Shown here: piece after piece, positions 34,925 to 47,574 of the stretch
Layout of the letters: each line of letters starts with the position of its first letter
Numbering within the stretch: the stretch's first letter is position 1
From: Sphyrna mokarran
Lineage: Eukaryota
Length of the DNA stretch: 64,000 nucleotides
NCBI GenBank assembly: GCA_024679065.1
Contig: JAGIQG010000025.1
Span: 10,292,001-10,356,000 of the forward strand
Reading direction: 5' to 3'
Notes under the pieces: generated by a model
Databases searched by the model: none
Told to the model about the DNA's origin: nothing
What the model saw: the letters and a program-made list of their open reading frames with translations, nothing else
Translations under genes and position numbers: made by a program

Positions 34925-37900
34925 CTCTAGTTGCTTTGAAGAAGGTGACGGAGAGCTTCCTTCTTGAACTGCTATAGTCCATGTGGCGTTGATATACCAC
35001 CCATAGTGCTGTCCAACATGACGCTGCCAGTAAGTCTGACTCAGACTAAAACTCTCATGCCAACAATTTTCCCAGTTGACAACCCAGTCTTTGAAAAGTA
35101 ATATAAGATGTTTATAGCAGTAATGGAGAATGTATGAAGCAAGATGGGAAATGGTAGACAAACCTAGCTGAAGGCCAAAGAGTAATAGTGCAGTCTCACA
35201 CCAAATTGTAAAGAATGCGAGGAGATTATTCATCAAGAGTGACTAATGTGTTGACACTTTTTTTTAGAAACTTGAATTATATTCATTTTAAGTACACCAT
35301 TAACCAGCCTTGGTTCATTAGTGGAGCTATAATGAGAAAAATAATGATGCATATCAATTTATAGCATTTGTGTAGTCTTTTTGTAGAATTGGTACACGAA
35401 GAGTTGAATCTTTGCACAAACGGGAAGACAGCACAGACTTTCAAAAATGCCAGCAGGATCCCGATGCAGTCAGATCTATTGTTAGAAAGAGAGGTGGAGC
35501 ATAAATCACACGTGAGGAAACACTAACACAGCAGAACCATTTGAACTCAATTCTGAGTTCAGACAGATCCCATTTTGGCTAATGCAAGGACTTAACGCAT
35601 GGCATGGGAGTTACTAATTGATGGAGTAGATCTAAATGCTCCAGAAAGCCAGATGAGGTTTTTTAAATGTCACGGACCCTCTGAAGATTTAACATAGAGT
35701 TGGTGTTGAGTGGAGTGTATGATTTGGTATCATGGGAGTTGTATGAGGGGCTTGAAGGGTGGGTAAAGTGGGGAGAGATGTGAGGAATTAGGCCTTACAG
35801 TATCTAAAATAAACTGGGAAATCCCAGAGAACAAAGGTGGACCTTGTAATGAGTCTATTTTGGTACTCACCCAGTCCATGTTCATGCAGGCCAGGATTGT
35901 CTAGGCCCTTTCAACGCAAGTGTAAATCCTGTTACGGTCGCTAACTCTTATAAGGGACCCATATAAGGATTTATATGGATTTGCACTGGAGAGGTCTCAT
36001 TCCAGAATGCAGGGCGACGATGGGTTAGTTTTGTTGGGGGGCGGGGGGAGGATGGTGAGGATTGTTAATGGTAATGGATGGAGCAAGAGGGGAGAAATTG
36101 TTTCAATCTCCTTTGGGAGTGAGGAGAGGGCCTTGTCTCTTAACTGAGATCAGGTGCCTTTTAAAAATGGCCCCCTGATCTCTGTGGAGCCAGTCATGCT
36201 GGTATCTTTAGGTCCTGTCCCTCAGGAGTGACGTTGCAACACACACCCTCTTGTACTTTTTTTTGATAATGTTTGAAGATCTATAGAGAGAAGCTGGCTA
36301 AGACCAGAATCTTAACCACCATTCATACCAGCTGAATTTTCCCATCCCACCAAAGAGAATGGAGATTTGGCTGACTGCCAAATTCTCTGACTTACTGCAC
36401 TAGAGCATGGTGTGAACAGTAGTTAAGATGGTGCCGTCTGTGGCGACACACGTTGGTTTCAATCAAAACCTGACCATTTTTTGGGAAAATGATATTTTCA
36501 CCATAGAATATTTAAATGTCTAAATGTGTTAATAGACTGTTAGTTTATTTCTTAAATGTTCTGCTGTGGATTAAAATAGCTTTAGTACCGAATAGTACAT
36601 TTTCTTTTATTGAGTTTTTATATTTGTTTGAAATCATAGGTTTTTAAATTCTTGGGTATCTATTCACCTGTTTTACATACCCGCTGTATATTTTTGTTAT
36701 ATTGTTCATGGGAAAATGCATTGATAAATTCAGGCTTCTTAATGTTATAACAGCTTGTACCGGGAACTTGTGCAGGTTTAAGGGTCAAGGAAATGCCTCA
36801 GAATCCGTTGAGTCTGACGCTAAGCTAGGGGAGGGCTTGGGAGGGTCCATGAGTAGTTGTAATGGTTTGGGTCTCTCTTGGGTCTGTGTCACTCAGTTCT
36901 TCAATTTAAGTACTGAAGAAAAAGCTGAATGATTTTTTTTCCTTTAAGTTAAATATACATGATATGAGCACAGCCCTTTTTGGCAATGAACTGGAACTCT
37001 CATCAAACATAAATGGAGGCCAGGCTGATGAGCAGTAAACTGGAGGTAGAATTTCAATCTTGTTGGTTTGTTTCAACAAAACAAGCATGGCTTTAAACTG
37101 ATAATAGCAGGAATCTGTTGTACATAGCTGAAAGAATAAAACCTCAGTAAATCAAGGTTAATATTCAACCACTAATTAGCCTGTCCTGCTAATGGCAATT
37201 AAAATGTGGGCTCCATTGTGTGTCTCCATGTTTTTGATCATTCCATGACACCGCAGTTAGAGGAGCAGTTGTGTGAATTTCTCAATGGAAATGATACATG
37301 CTGATTATTTGGTATTAGTATAGCAAGAAACATTAGCTTTTCATTACTGTCATACAATAAAATGTAGTGAATCAATTGCACTCAAATTTGATGGTTATCT
37401 TTACTGTTATTGAAAAAGTTGCATGCTATAAAACATCCAGGATTACACAACTAAATACTGTGTAAAAACAATCTGACAATAGTATCCATCAAGCAACTGG
37501 GCAAGGACTTAATAAATGTATTTCTTTTTAAACAAATATCTCAGGACAGTGCAAAGAATGAATATTAGTTGTGGTGGCCAGTGATGCAGGATAGTTGCTG
37601 CTTGCCTCAGTGGAACAGGATGCTAGTTCCTGTGGCAGCCTTTTTCCTCAGAAACTTGCTTGGAGGCAGAACAATGTCGTGGAGCCATCCTAATGCAGAA
37701 CTGCCTGAATTTCTCCCATGTCTCAAAACCTGCTTTGGCTTTACCCCCATGGCAAAATTCAGCCTGGCATTTTTCTAGGAGTTTATGTGTATATAGGAAG
37801 AAATATCTGTTCAAAACTAGGCTGGATTTTCAGATACCATTAGGACCAGCATCAATGGTGTTCGGGCTCTAGAAATACCCCTAGCAATCCATGTCGGTCC

Positions 37901-39189
37901 TGGGATAATTTGCAATGGTAAAATAGAGCGCAGCTCCTGCCCACATGGCATATGGACAATTAAATTTGTTGTATGCTTTTTGGGGCCAATTAAAAGAGAC
38001 TAACTAGGATTTTGCAGTCAGCCTTTAGGTCTCTATTGGCTGCCTGGTGGTGGAAGATGGGTAGAGGGTGGGAACGATGTGTGTGATGGCAGGGCAGTGC
38101 TCCATGCAGCCCAGAGACAGTAGTGAGTTGAAGTCAAGATTTGTTTTTTAACTTCAGTCTGAATTTGAAAAGCGCTTCATCTCTTTGAACATCCAGCTCC
38201 CTTATTTACCTCTATTGCAAGCTGCTACTCCTCTTGACCCTCCAGTTTCAAGAACTCACCCTTGATTAGTCATCAGATCTGTCTCTGGGTCAAATAAAGG
38301 AGTGCTGTCTGAAAAATTGGGGCCAGTGACTGTTGCAATGGAGCTATGTAGCACAAGGAATGCTTGTTATACAACTAGATGAGTAAATAAAAACAGTTGA
38401 TTATACTTCTGGGCTCTTGAGTATGAATTAATTTAGCTAGTAATCAAAGCTAAATAGAAATCAATAACATCTGTGAAAACCATAATTACCTGTCTCTCAA
38501 AGTGTCTTAAAACCTAATGGGATAATTTACATCCCTTAGTAAGTCCATTAATTGTATACCAAACAGAAAGAGCTGCATTTTGTGAACCCAGCCTGTTCTG
38601 TCAGAAAATTCAAACAATGGGATAAATGGATGACTCTGACTCTCAAAAGGTTTTAGGGCAGATGTAGAAACATTCTTGATGATGGGCCTGGAGAACTGAA
38701 ATAAGTAACATGTATTCTTATCTCTTAATTGAGCGAAGGGTAGTGTAGCCACAGTTTAAAGCAGTTAAGACAAGACTGCACATAACTAGAAATAATCCAG
38801 TAATACCAAGCAAAAGACTAAAGTGATGAGACAGAGAAAAGATTGAAAATGATGAGTTTGAGGTCCCAGGAAAAGAATGTAGTGCTAACTTGGACTTTCA
38901 ACATGGTCAGCTTGAGAGAATATGTGAGATGATGGCCGGGAGGGTCTGGTTCCACTCTTGGACAGACGAGATCGGAAACTTTGGAGAACAGCCAAAAGCC
39001 CATTTACTTTGGGTGGAAATTTCTGGTCCCGACAGGCTGATCTATTTGCATCTTAGAGTAAGGGAAGTTTTAAGATCTTTGTAGTACCATTGTTTTACGT
39101 GGAAAAAGAAAGCAGGATTATACTGGATGCTGATCTTGCTACTGACATTTAAAAAGGCCTCAGAATCGTCTTTAACTTTTAGGTTTTCT

Positions 39190-39540
39190 TTTCATTCTTG
39201 GGATGTGAGTGTCACTGGCATAGCCAGCATTTGTTGCTCCTGAGTAATTGCCTTTGAGAAGATACCATGAGCTGTTTTCTTGAATTGTTGCAGTCCATGT
39301 GGTGCAATACACCCACAGTCCTGTTAGGGAGACAACTGCAGTTTTTAAATTCAACAATAGTGAACATGGTGATATGCTTGCAAATCAGGATGGTTTGTGT
39401 CTTGGAGGGGAACTTGAAGATAGTTGTTTTTTTTGCATTTGTGCTTGTTTTTTTTGGATATGGTGCTGTTGAAGGAGCCTTGGTGAGCTGCTGCATTGCA
39501 TCAAGTAGATGGTGTGCACAGCTTCCATTGTGCATCTAAG
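39190..39540 (-). mobile_element. LINE 3' end fragment
   Basis: ttcattcttgggatgtgagtgtcactggcatagccagcatt...gcagtccatgtggtg is the reverse of the tail at 31878. Confidence 0.7.
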
Positions 39541-39559
39541 ATTAATCATAAAAAGATTC

Positions 39560-39890
39560 GTTTAGTTCAATAAGTTTGTCCAGTCACAGTTCTAGGTTTG
39601 ATAACTCCTCTTTGCTGAGTTCACTTATCTCAGTCTGTTGGTGGGTTTTGCCAGGGGTGCTACCCCTACCCTTGACTTTAGCAAGGAGGGAAAAAATTTC
39701 AACTAGGATACCTGCTCCAGGAAGCATGTGTATGTGGTTAGAATCTTGCTCAACATGCCATGCAAACGGATAAATGGCTTGACCAACTACTGTCTGGACT
39801 CATTCAGGAATACTGATTACTTGGATATGGTTTTCATCAAACGATATTTCAGCTAGGAGTAGTTGGCTTCAGGATAGGGGAGGTGGGAAC
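39560..39890 (+). mobile_element. Ancient tRNA-SINE (AmnSINE2-like)
   Basis: ctaggtttgat..gctgagttcacttatctcag..ggggtgctac..ggagggaaaaaat..cctgctcc..actgtctggactca. Similar copies at 22080-22400, 25490 and 55200-55695. Confidence 0.5.
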
Positions 39891-41076
39891 AAGGGTGACA
39901 GGCAAAAAATATTCATGCAGTCCTGAATGCAGCTGTAGGAGCATTTCCTGAAATGTGCTTCAAGAATTGATTCCCAGCCATACCTATTTTACATAGCAGT
40001 GACTTCTTAGCTGGATCACCATACAGTTTTAAATAATGAATATTTTGTTCAGTATCTCAACAATTAACTTCTGGAAGTGAATGATCTGTAAAGCCAGTGA
40101 CACAAAAATGCTTTCCTGCTGTTTATAGAGGCTGATAGGGTCACTGCAGTCACTTGACCTTCTATTGGTCATACTGGCTACTTTTGACAGTAAGTACTTT
40201 AGAATTTATATTACCATTCAGGTGGTTAGAGAAGTAGCGATCAAAACTGTTCATTTTAGTTTGCATTCACAATTTCTTTCCTAACTTTGAAGTGGGATTA
40301 GCTATAAATATAAATATGGTTGATAAAAAGCACAAGTACCACATAAATGCAGGGAAAGAATGAGAAGTCCAGGTGAAGCTGTTGACAGCTTTCCTTTGTT
40401 ACGGTTGAAGTGAGGTTTGTGTAAACAGTCCCATTTAAACCTCTTTGCAGATTGTTTGCCTATTCACAACTGAATAACAATGTCATAAATGGGTTTCTGT
40501 GTGTATTAACATTCTAATCGCCTGTGCCTTTGTTTACCCAGACATGACATTTAGAACAAAATATTTTGTATTCAATTTATTTTGTTTTGTACTCCCTACC
40601 CCTGTTCTCTCCTGGATTAGAAAAAAGGAAATTGTGAACAAATCCAAAAATTAGCATTAACACCTCAAGCTTAGAGTTCTTTCATTGTGTGCCAGTCAAA
40701 CAAAAGCCCTAATTAAAAAGCTTTGTGTCTGCAACCTCACATTAAAACTTGATGCATCATTCATTTAATAAAGATAAATTCGCATCACATAAAATACATC
40801 AATGAGTACATTGTGTCTGGATTATCAAAGAGTGGTTAGGCCCATTATCAGATATTGTTAATTGACAAACACGAAGTTTGTGGGTAGAGAGATATTCTGT
40901 TATTCCAAGGCTACTTCTGAAAATAAGAGTCACTTGTATTGATTTTTGTCAAAGCTTTTACTTGATTTTGTGGATGATTGTGAGTTGCGTTAAAACACAG
41001 GCACAATAATATTTCAGAATTGTCATGACTGCTGTTTATGTGTCAGCTTGTTAAAACAAACACATGATCAGGAGAG

Positions 41077-41357
41077 AAGTCTAAACTTATTTATTAGTAT
41101 CACTAGTAGACTTACATTAACACTGCAGCGAAGGTACTGTGAAAATCTCCCAGTCAGCATATTTCAGCACCTGTTTAGGTACACTGAGGGAAAATTTAGC
41201 ATAGCCAATGCACCTAATTGACACATCTTCTAAAGCACCCAAAAGAAATCCATACAGACACTGGGAGAATGTGCAGACTCCGCACAGAGTGGCCCAAAGC
41301 AGAATCAAGCCCAGATCCATGGCACTGTGAGGCAGCAGTGCTAACCACTGTGCCAAA
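41077..41357 (-). mobile_element. HE1-like V-SINE, type II tail
   Basis: Reverse complement of the 16473 copy (ttatttattagtatcactagtagacttacattaacactgc...gcagtgctaaccactgtgcca). Confidence 0.9.
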
Positions 41358-41514
41358 CTAAATACCACAAATATTTTCGAAAGATAATGGATACAGATAA
41401 TAGGATAGAAATGCAAATAAGACAACTTTTAACTGGTTCAGCTAACAGCAAAACTTGTTATTTAAAGAGCTTTCTATGTTAAGTGCTCGAAGGTCAAACA
41501 ATATTTATCCCAAG

Positions 41515-42445
41515 CCAATTTATCTGATCGTTTGTATTATTGCTGTTTGATGAGTTCCTGTGCACAAATTGGAGGCCACATCTTTCCTATGTTACAGCAG
41601 TTACTACAGAGGCAATTCTCTGGCTCCTTGCATCCAAATGGAAATTGCATTATGGCTGGAAAATATTGCAAAAGCACCTAAAAGTAATTTGTGCGTCGGA
41701 GAGCCCCTTTTGGACTCCACAAACAGAAATCAGGTCTGATAGCCAGAGGATTTGGGGGCCATTGAAGCCCTATGTGGTTTGGGGCATGGATGGGCTGTGA
41801 CTTGGCACTGCTCCTGGCATCCTGACGGTGCCAACATGGCAAGGTGACACTAGCAAGAGAAGGATGAACCTGAAGAGGGCAGGGCCTGGAACGTATCCCT
41901 GAAAGGGTTGGGGCCTGAGGCAATTCCAGAACAAGAATATTCCTCACTTTTGCTGATGCCAGCGATTGGGGGAGGGAGGCATGATGCTGGCAAAGATGGA
42001 AGGATGGTGGGGGGGGGGGGGGGAATGGGGTATAGAGGGAAGGCTCACCATCAAGCCTGTGTTGTGAGTGGTGGGGAGCGTGACTTGGACATTTAATGAT
42101 GGAGTGAGGTTGCTTCTCCGAGATCGATGGCTCAGAGAGTTCCTGCAGGGAGTCACAATGTTGGGGAGGGGAGGATGACCGTTGAAATCTCTGAGGAAGC
42201 GGTCTTGCTATCATCTTCTGGTCCCTCGCATCTTTTTGCCAGCAGGAATCTCGTCAAGCTTAAAAAAAAGATAAATCGGTGAATTGCAATCCGGATCGCG
42301 GCGACCCATTCAGTGGAATTCTCATCGCTTATCCCAATAGAGATGACATTTCATCATTTTTTCAGAAGTATTTATTGGTGTTGAATGCTTTGTGACTTTC
42401 TGAGGATAAGAAAACGCCATGTAAATGCAATTTATTTATTTCTTC
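41515..42445 (+). mobile_element. DeuSINE (SacSINE1-like) 3' part interrupted by a ~740-bp GC-rich MITE (~41610-42350)
   Basis: ttgctgtttg..gtgcacaaattgg..ttcctatgttacagcagttactaca | insert | ttcagaagtattt..ctgagg..gaaaacgccatgtaaatgcaa. Confidence 0.6.
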
Positions 42446-42544
42446 AACACAGCTATTCCTCTTGTGACATTTCATTTAGGGAGCAGCATCATGTGTTAAT
42501 GAACATTACATTTTGTATTTTTACAAAGCAAAAAGTCAATACCT

Positions 42545-42869
42545 GGGGTGATGCCGTAGCAGAGTGGTTAGCACTGCTGCTTCACAGCTCTAGGGACCTG
42601 GGTTCGATTCCCAGCTTGGATCACTATCTGTGTGCAGTTTGCACTTTCTCCACGTATCTGTATAGGTCTCCTCCGAGTGCTCCTGTTTCCTCTCACAGTC
42701 CAAAGATGTGAAGGTTAGGTTGATTGGCAATGCCAAATTGATGCATAGGTTAGAGGATTAGTCAGTAAAATATGTATGGATGTGGGGGTAGGGCTTGTGT
42801 GGGATTGTGGTTGGTGCAGACTCAATGGGCTGAATGGCCTCTTTCTGTACTGAACAAATTCTATGATTC
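42545..42869 (+). mobile_element. HE1 V-SINE, type I tail, full length
   Basis: A-box gtagcagagtggttagc, B-box ggttcgattccc, V-domain, tail gggctgaatggcctctttctgtactg..ttctatgattc. Confidence 0.92.
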
Positions 42870-43521
42870 ACTTGAGGAGGTGAGATTCTGCCAATGAGGT
42901 AAATTTCATATCTGGTACCAGAACATCATCTACCAGTAATGGCTCCTACAGTTTGATTATTTATAAACAAAATATTGCAAGTAAAGTATTTTTAAATTTG
43001 CGTTACACCATTATAGCCTAAAGAAAGGCTTACAAGTGTATCTAATCCCTTAATTTGTGCTCCTTTAATTTCATTTTCTTAATACTTAAACACTAATTTA
43101 TTGATGATATCTAGTAATGATGTATGATCGAGAAAGGAGAGCTAATCTAAAATAGATTTTTTATTAACAATGGATAGACCGTTGCCAAGGTGGCTTCTGC
43201 TGTCTGTACCTATGGTTGAAGAGCTGTCGCTGTTGTTCTGAATTCTTGTAAACAGGAGAGCAAAAGATCCTTGAAATGTCAGACTTCATTTCATCTACAA
43301 GCCAGATAAGTAGTTGCCTACACTTTGCCTTTGCAGCCCTGTATTCACTAGTCAGATTTGTATCCACAACCTTTTAGCATCAAATCCCTGTCAAAGCAAA
43401 GTGCTCCTACATCCTGATCCCTACTGCTGACCAGAAACTAGTATTGTAAAAGCATAGCATTTAGCATTATTGTGATATTTAACTTAATTCTGCTATACTT
43501 GATTTAACACTTCAGTTTAGA

Positions 43522-44400
43522 AGTCATAGAAATTACAGCACAGAAGGAGGCCATTGTGTCACTGCTGGTGCTGGTTCCTCAAATTGGAGCTGTCTACTCT
43601 TAATCTATTTCTCTTCCATGCATCCTTTCAATAAACTTCCTTTTCAAGTACTCACACAAATTCCTTTTAAATAATGTCGTAGTCTCTGCTTCAATAGTCA
43701 CTTATGATAGAGCATTCCATATTCTAATAATAGTCTGTATGAAACTACTGCTTCTGGCTTTTCCCTTAGTTCTTATGGTTTGTGCTGGCTTATTATCAAT
43801 TTGTCAAGCAGCAGCAAGTCTTTCAGTATCTACTCTTGTAAAACTATTTATAATTTTGAAAGCCTCTTAGATTCTTCTTTCCCTTCACTTTTTGCACCGA
43901 TGGAAAAAAAACACTCATTTCGTTTTTAACTGTAACTTAGAATTCTTACTGAATTTCCGTTCTGTGGCTCTGATATTTTTCCCTATAATGAATGCCTACA
44001 GCTGCACACTATTTCTAATAATGACATTACCAGTACTTTGTACAAATGCAACTTACATTTCATCCTTTTTGTATTCTCAGCTATATGTATAAAGTATGGA
44101 AACACATGTGCCCTGAAAGGTTTTAATACTTGCATTTCCATTTTTAAAGATTGTTACAACTTCAGATTTTTCCAATTCAGAACCTTGCCATCCTTTTTGA
44201 AAAATGTATAACTTTATATTTGTTTATAATGAATTGAATCTGCCAACTATCTACTTACGTTGTTTCTCTTATTTCCACCTGTAATCTGCTGTATTCTTAT
44301 TCTTCTATTCTCCTGTATCCTTCTTATCATGTCCTCTAATTTGATACATCACTAATTTTGGTAGTATTTGTGCAATCTCAATACCTAGATTATTCATAAA
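43522..44400 (-). mobile_element. Old, heavily degraded CR1 LINE 3' portion
   Basis: Starts with the reverse CR1 tail catagaaattacagcacagaaggaggccat, followed by an AT-rich decayed ORF2. Confidence 0.55.
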
Positions 44401-47400
44401 CTCAAAAATGTGAGCTTTCCAATAAATGATGAAGTAGATTTGTTTAACAACAGAACCTTAGAATCCCTAAAGTTCTGAAGGAGGCTATTCAACTACTGAG
44501 CCTGTGCTGACTCAAAATTCACAGTTTGCATGATGTGAATGGATGACACTATTATATATAGAAACCTATTGTATGAAAACCTTTTCCATGCACGTTTTTG
44601 TTGTGGTGAGATAAAATGGAATAGTTTTCAATTTTGTCACTCAGTATTAGTATTTGGCACATTCTGATCAAGTTTGCAATCCACAGTTGTCTTGGAATCC
44701 CCCGAATAGTGTAGCCTAATCACAGCTTTCATCTTCTTAAGAAGAATGCACAGACATGTAGACAAACCTGATTTTCTATTACCTTCTGATTGATTTCACA
44801 AAGCAATTGAGCTACTTTGATATTAAGTCCTTATCTTAAAATATCATGGTACTTATGACTGGATTTTCATCTGCGAGTTGGTGTGCAAAGTCAGGAGAAT
44901 TCCAGCCTGCACATACCCAACCTTTTAAAAATGGCTTCCTGCACTTCTGATTTTAGGTGGGGAAGAGGGGTGTTTGATTGGAAGTTGGGATGGGCGACCC
45001 AAAAGCAGTGAGGAGGATGATGAATGGAGACTGAAAGATAACCTGCCTTGGGACTCAAAACAGCAAAACATAAAAATACTCTCCAGCCCTTACCACCAGC
45101 ACCCTGCCTCCCCCATACACACTTCCCATGCTACCTCATGCCCTGTGTCAACTTCAGAACTCATCATAACTATCATGACAATCTGTGCCTCAAACAGACC
45201 CCCATAGCCTGTACATACTAACTTACGCCCCCATACCTACCCTCCTGGCTCTTTATAGCCCATGCCAACTTGGTGCCAACCCATGACCTACCACTCTTTA
45301 CCATTGTACCCACCATGAAACTCATTTAGTATCCATCATAGGCAGATCTCAAGATCCATGCAGAAATTAGGTAAAATAAAGTTCTAAATGTCTGTTACAG
45401 ACTTCACAATATTAAAAAAATAAAAACATGTACTACATTTACAATCCTTAGCTGTAAAAAAAAAATGATAGTAATGACCATTTTATTCAAGTGCTCATTT
45501 CCTTACATGAACAAACATTGGAATTCATGATCCCAATTCAAAGAGTCTACAACCATTTGTAACCGTCAATCAAATTGTGAAATGACAGGCACCCTACTGT
45601 GCTAATGGATGATTGTGAATTTAATTATTTAGCACCAATCCAGTATTGGCAGCCCTCAGGCTTATGTCAACATTCAGAATGAAATAGTATGCAATCATGT
45701 TATTTTAACACTCCAGATATTTTTTCAATCATTTAAAAGGTAGGACTTTGATGTGATATATTGACAGGTACTTTTGACAGTTGATTTTGACAGGTCTGTT
45801 GATTGTTCCAATGAGCTTAATAGTTAATGAGCTTCTGCATTCTTTGTGCACATTCATTTCTACTTTTAACACTTATAAAGACCACCTGATTTCTCCCAAA
45901 CATGTCCCTGAACCAAAGACAAAGAGGTACTCAGACTATCCCAATGAATACACAAAGCTCAGACTTGCTCTTCAGATCCATTCTGCACATTTTGCGCATC
46001 ACACTCCTGGCTACCAAAATCTGTCTTCGGTGAAGGCAGCTGATGATTTAAATGCCAGCTGCCTCCTTAAACTACACACATGTGAAATGGGAACCATTCC
46101 AATTTTAGGGCCTCATTAAAACGGGAACTGTCATGTTCAGCAATGGGACTTCAGATTTTTGGGCAGTCCCACTATTTTTATGATTGGACATTTTCATCAT
46201 GGTGAATATGCAGGCCATATATATTATTTTTAGAAATCAATGTTATCAGATTACTTTCAATATCAAGAAACTTGTGTGCAGTCCTACAGCCACTAATGCA
46301 GGACACCAGATAGAATAAAGAAAAAAGCAGTGCGATAGCAATGTAATGATTAGCAGAGATTAAATGTAGAACAATATTGGAACTTAAGAGGAACAAGAGA
46401 ATAAAATGCAGAAAAGGACTGACCGGATCAGAAATTGAGATGAATAAAAAGTTTAATGAGGGAAAAGAAGGAAAGAGATTCAAGATGAAAAATAACAGTC
46501 TAAACAATGGGAGTGACCTTCCCAAAAGTCTGAAGTATTTCACTCTTTTTTTCGGCAAGCTATCCTACAATGTTCCCGCACTGTTAATTTTTTGGCTGTC
46601 AGGAGTTTCACCCTGGTGGGGAAGAGGAAATGGAACCTGAGCTCCCCAAGGAAGTTGGCGGCAGACTATTCCAATCACCCCCTCCCCTGACACAGACTAC
46701 CCCCTTTCATCCCTCTCATAATTGCCCCACCCCTGCTCAGGTTCCACCCCCTTCCCACTCAAGCCCATCCCTTAGTACTGCGGGTGATGCCTGGTGGGCA
46801 ATGCCAAGGTGCTCAGTGTGCACTGCCTAGTCCTACCTTTGACTACCTGGGGCTTCAACGCCCGCCAATTTCCCCCTGTCATGACCATCATGTCGGTCCC
46901 ATTAGTAGGGACCATGAGTGATTCCACTGAGTGAGACTCTCGCCAACGAGGGGAGGAATGTCCAGGAGACCAGAAATAGTTGTGCTGGATGAGTTAATTT
47001 CATATAAATCATGACATTGATATAGGGCACGAAGCCGGTCGTGCTGGCAAAACAAGACTGGGAGATGGTTTTGGGCATGAGACTTGTCCGTGCCCAACTG
47101 AAAAGCCTCACTTGCTTTCTTAACAACGCAGCAGGCTGGGAAATCACATGCAATATATTTTTAAATCTTGTCTAGCAATGTAAGAAATGCACAAAAGACC
47201 ATCCCCTTACATCAAAGCCCTTTTGAAGTTGTAGATATATTTGCTCTTTATAAAGAGTTTAGAATTGAGCAGAAAGGAACTGCGTGCTCTAAACTAGTAA
47301 AGTTGAGCTTCTTGGAGACAAATCAGCAATAGGCTAGATATGGATAGCAGTTTAGATTTGAAACAGGTTAGCCTATCAAACTGTGAGCTTTATTTCATGG

Positions 47401-47574
47401 CTGATGTAAACTGAAGCTGTTTTCAGTTAGTATTTACATGAATATGCATGAGTTTCTTGTGTCTTGGCTGCCCAATATAGGAAAAGTGTTTTATTTTATC
47501 TTCTTTTGGGGATTTTCCTAGCTATGATCCTCTGTAAAATAAAAATGTCTGCTTCTTATGTAAATTATTAATTG

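Noticed and set aside
41678-42214. 178-aa Pro-rich minus-strand ORF
   Set aside because: Lies wholly inside a GC-rich MITE, and the prolines come from a poly-G run.
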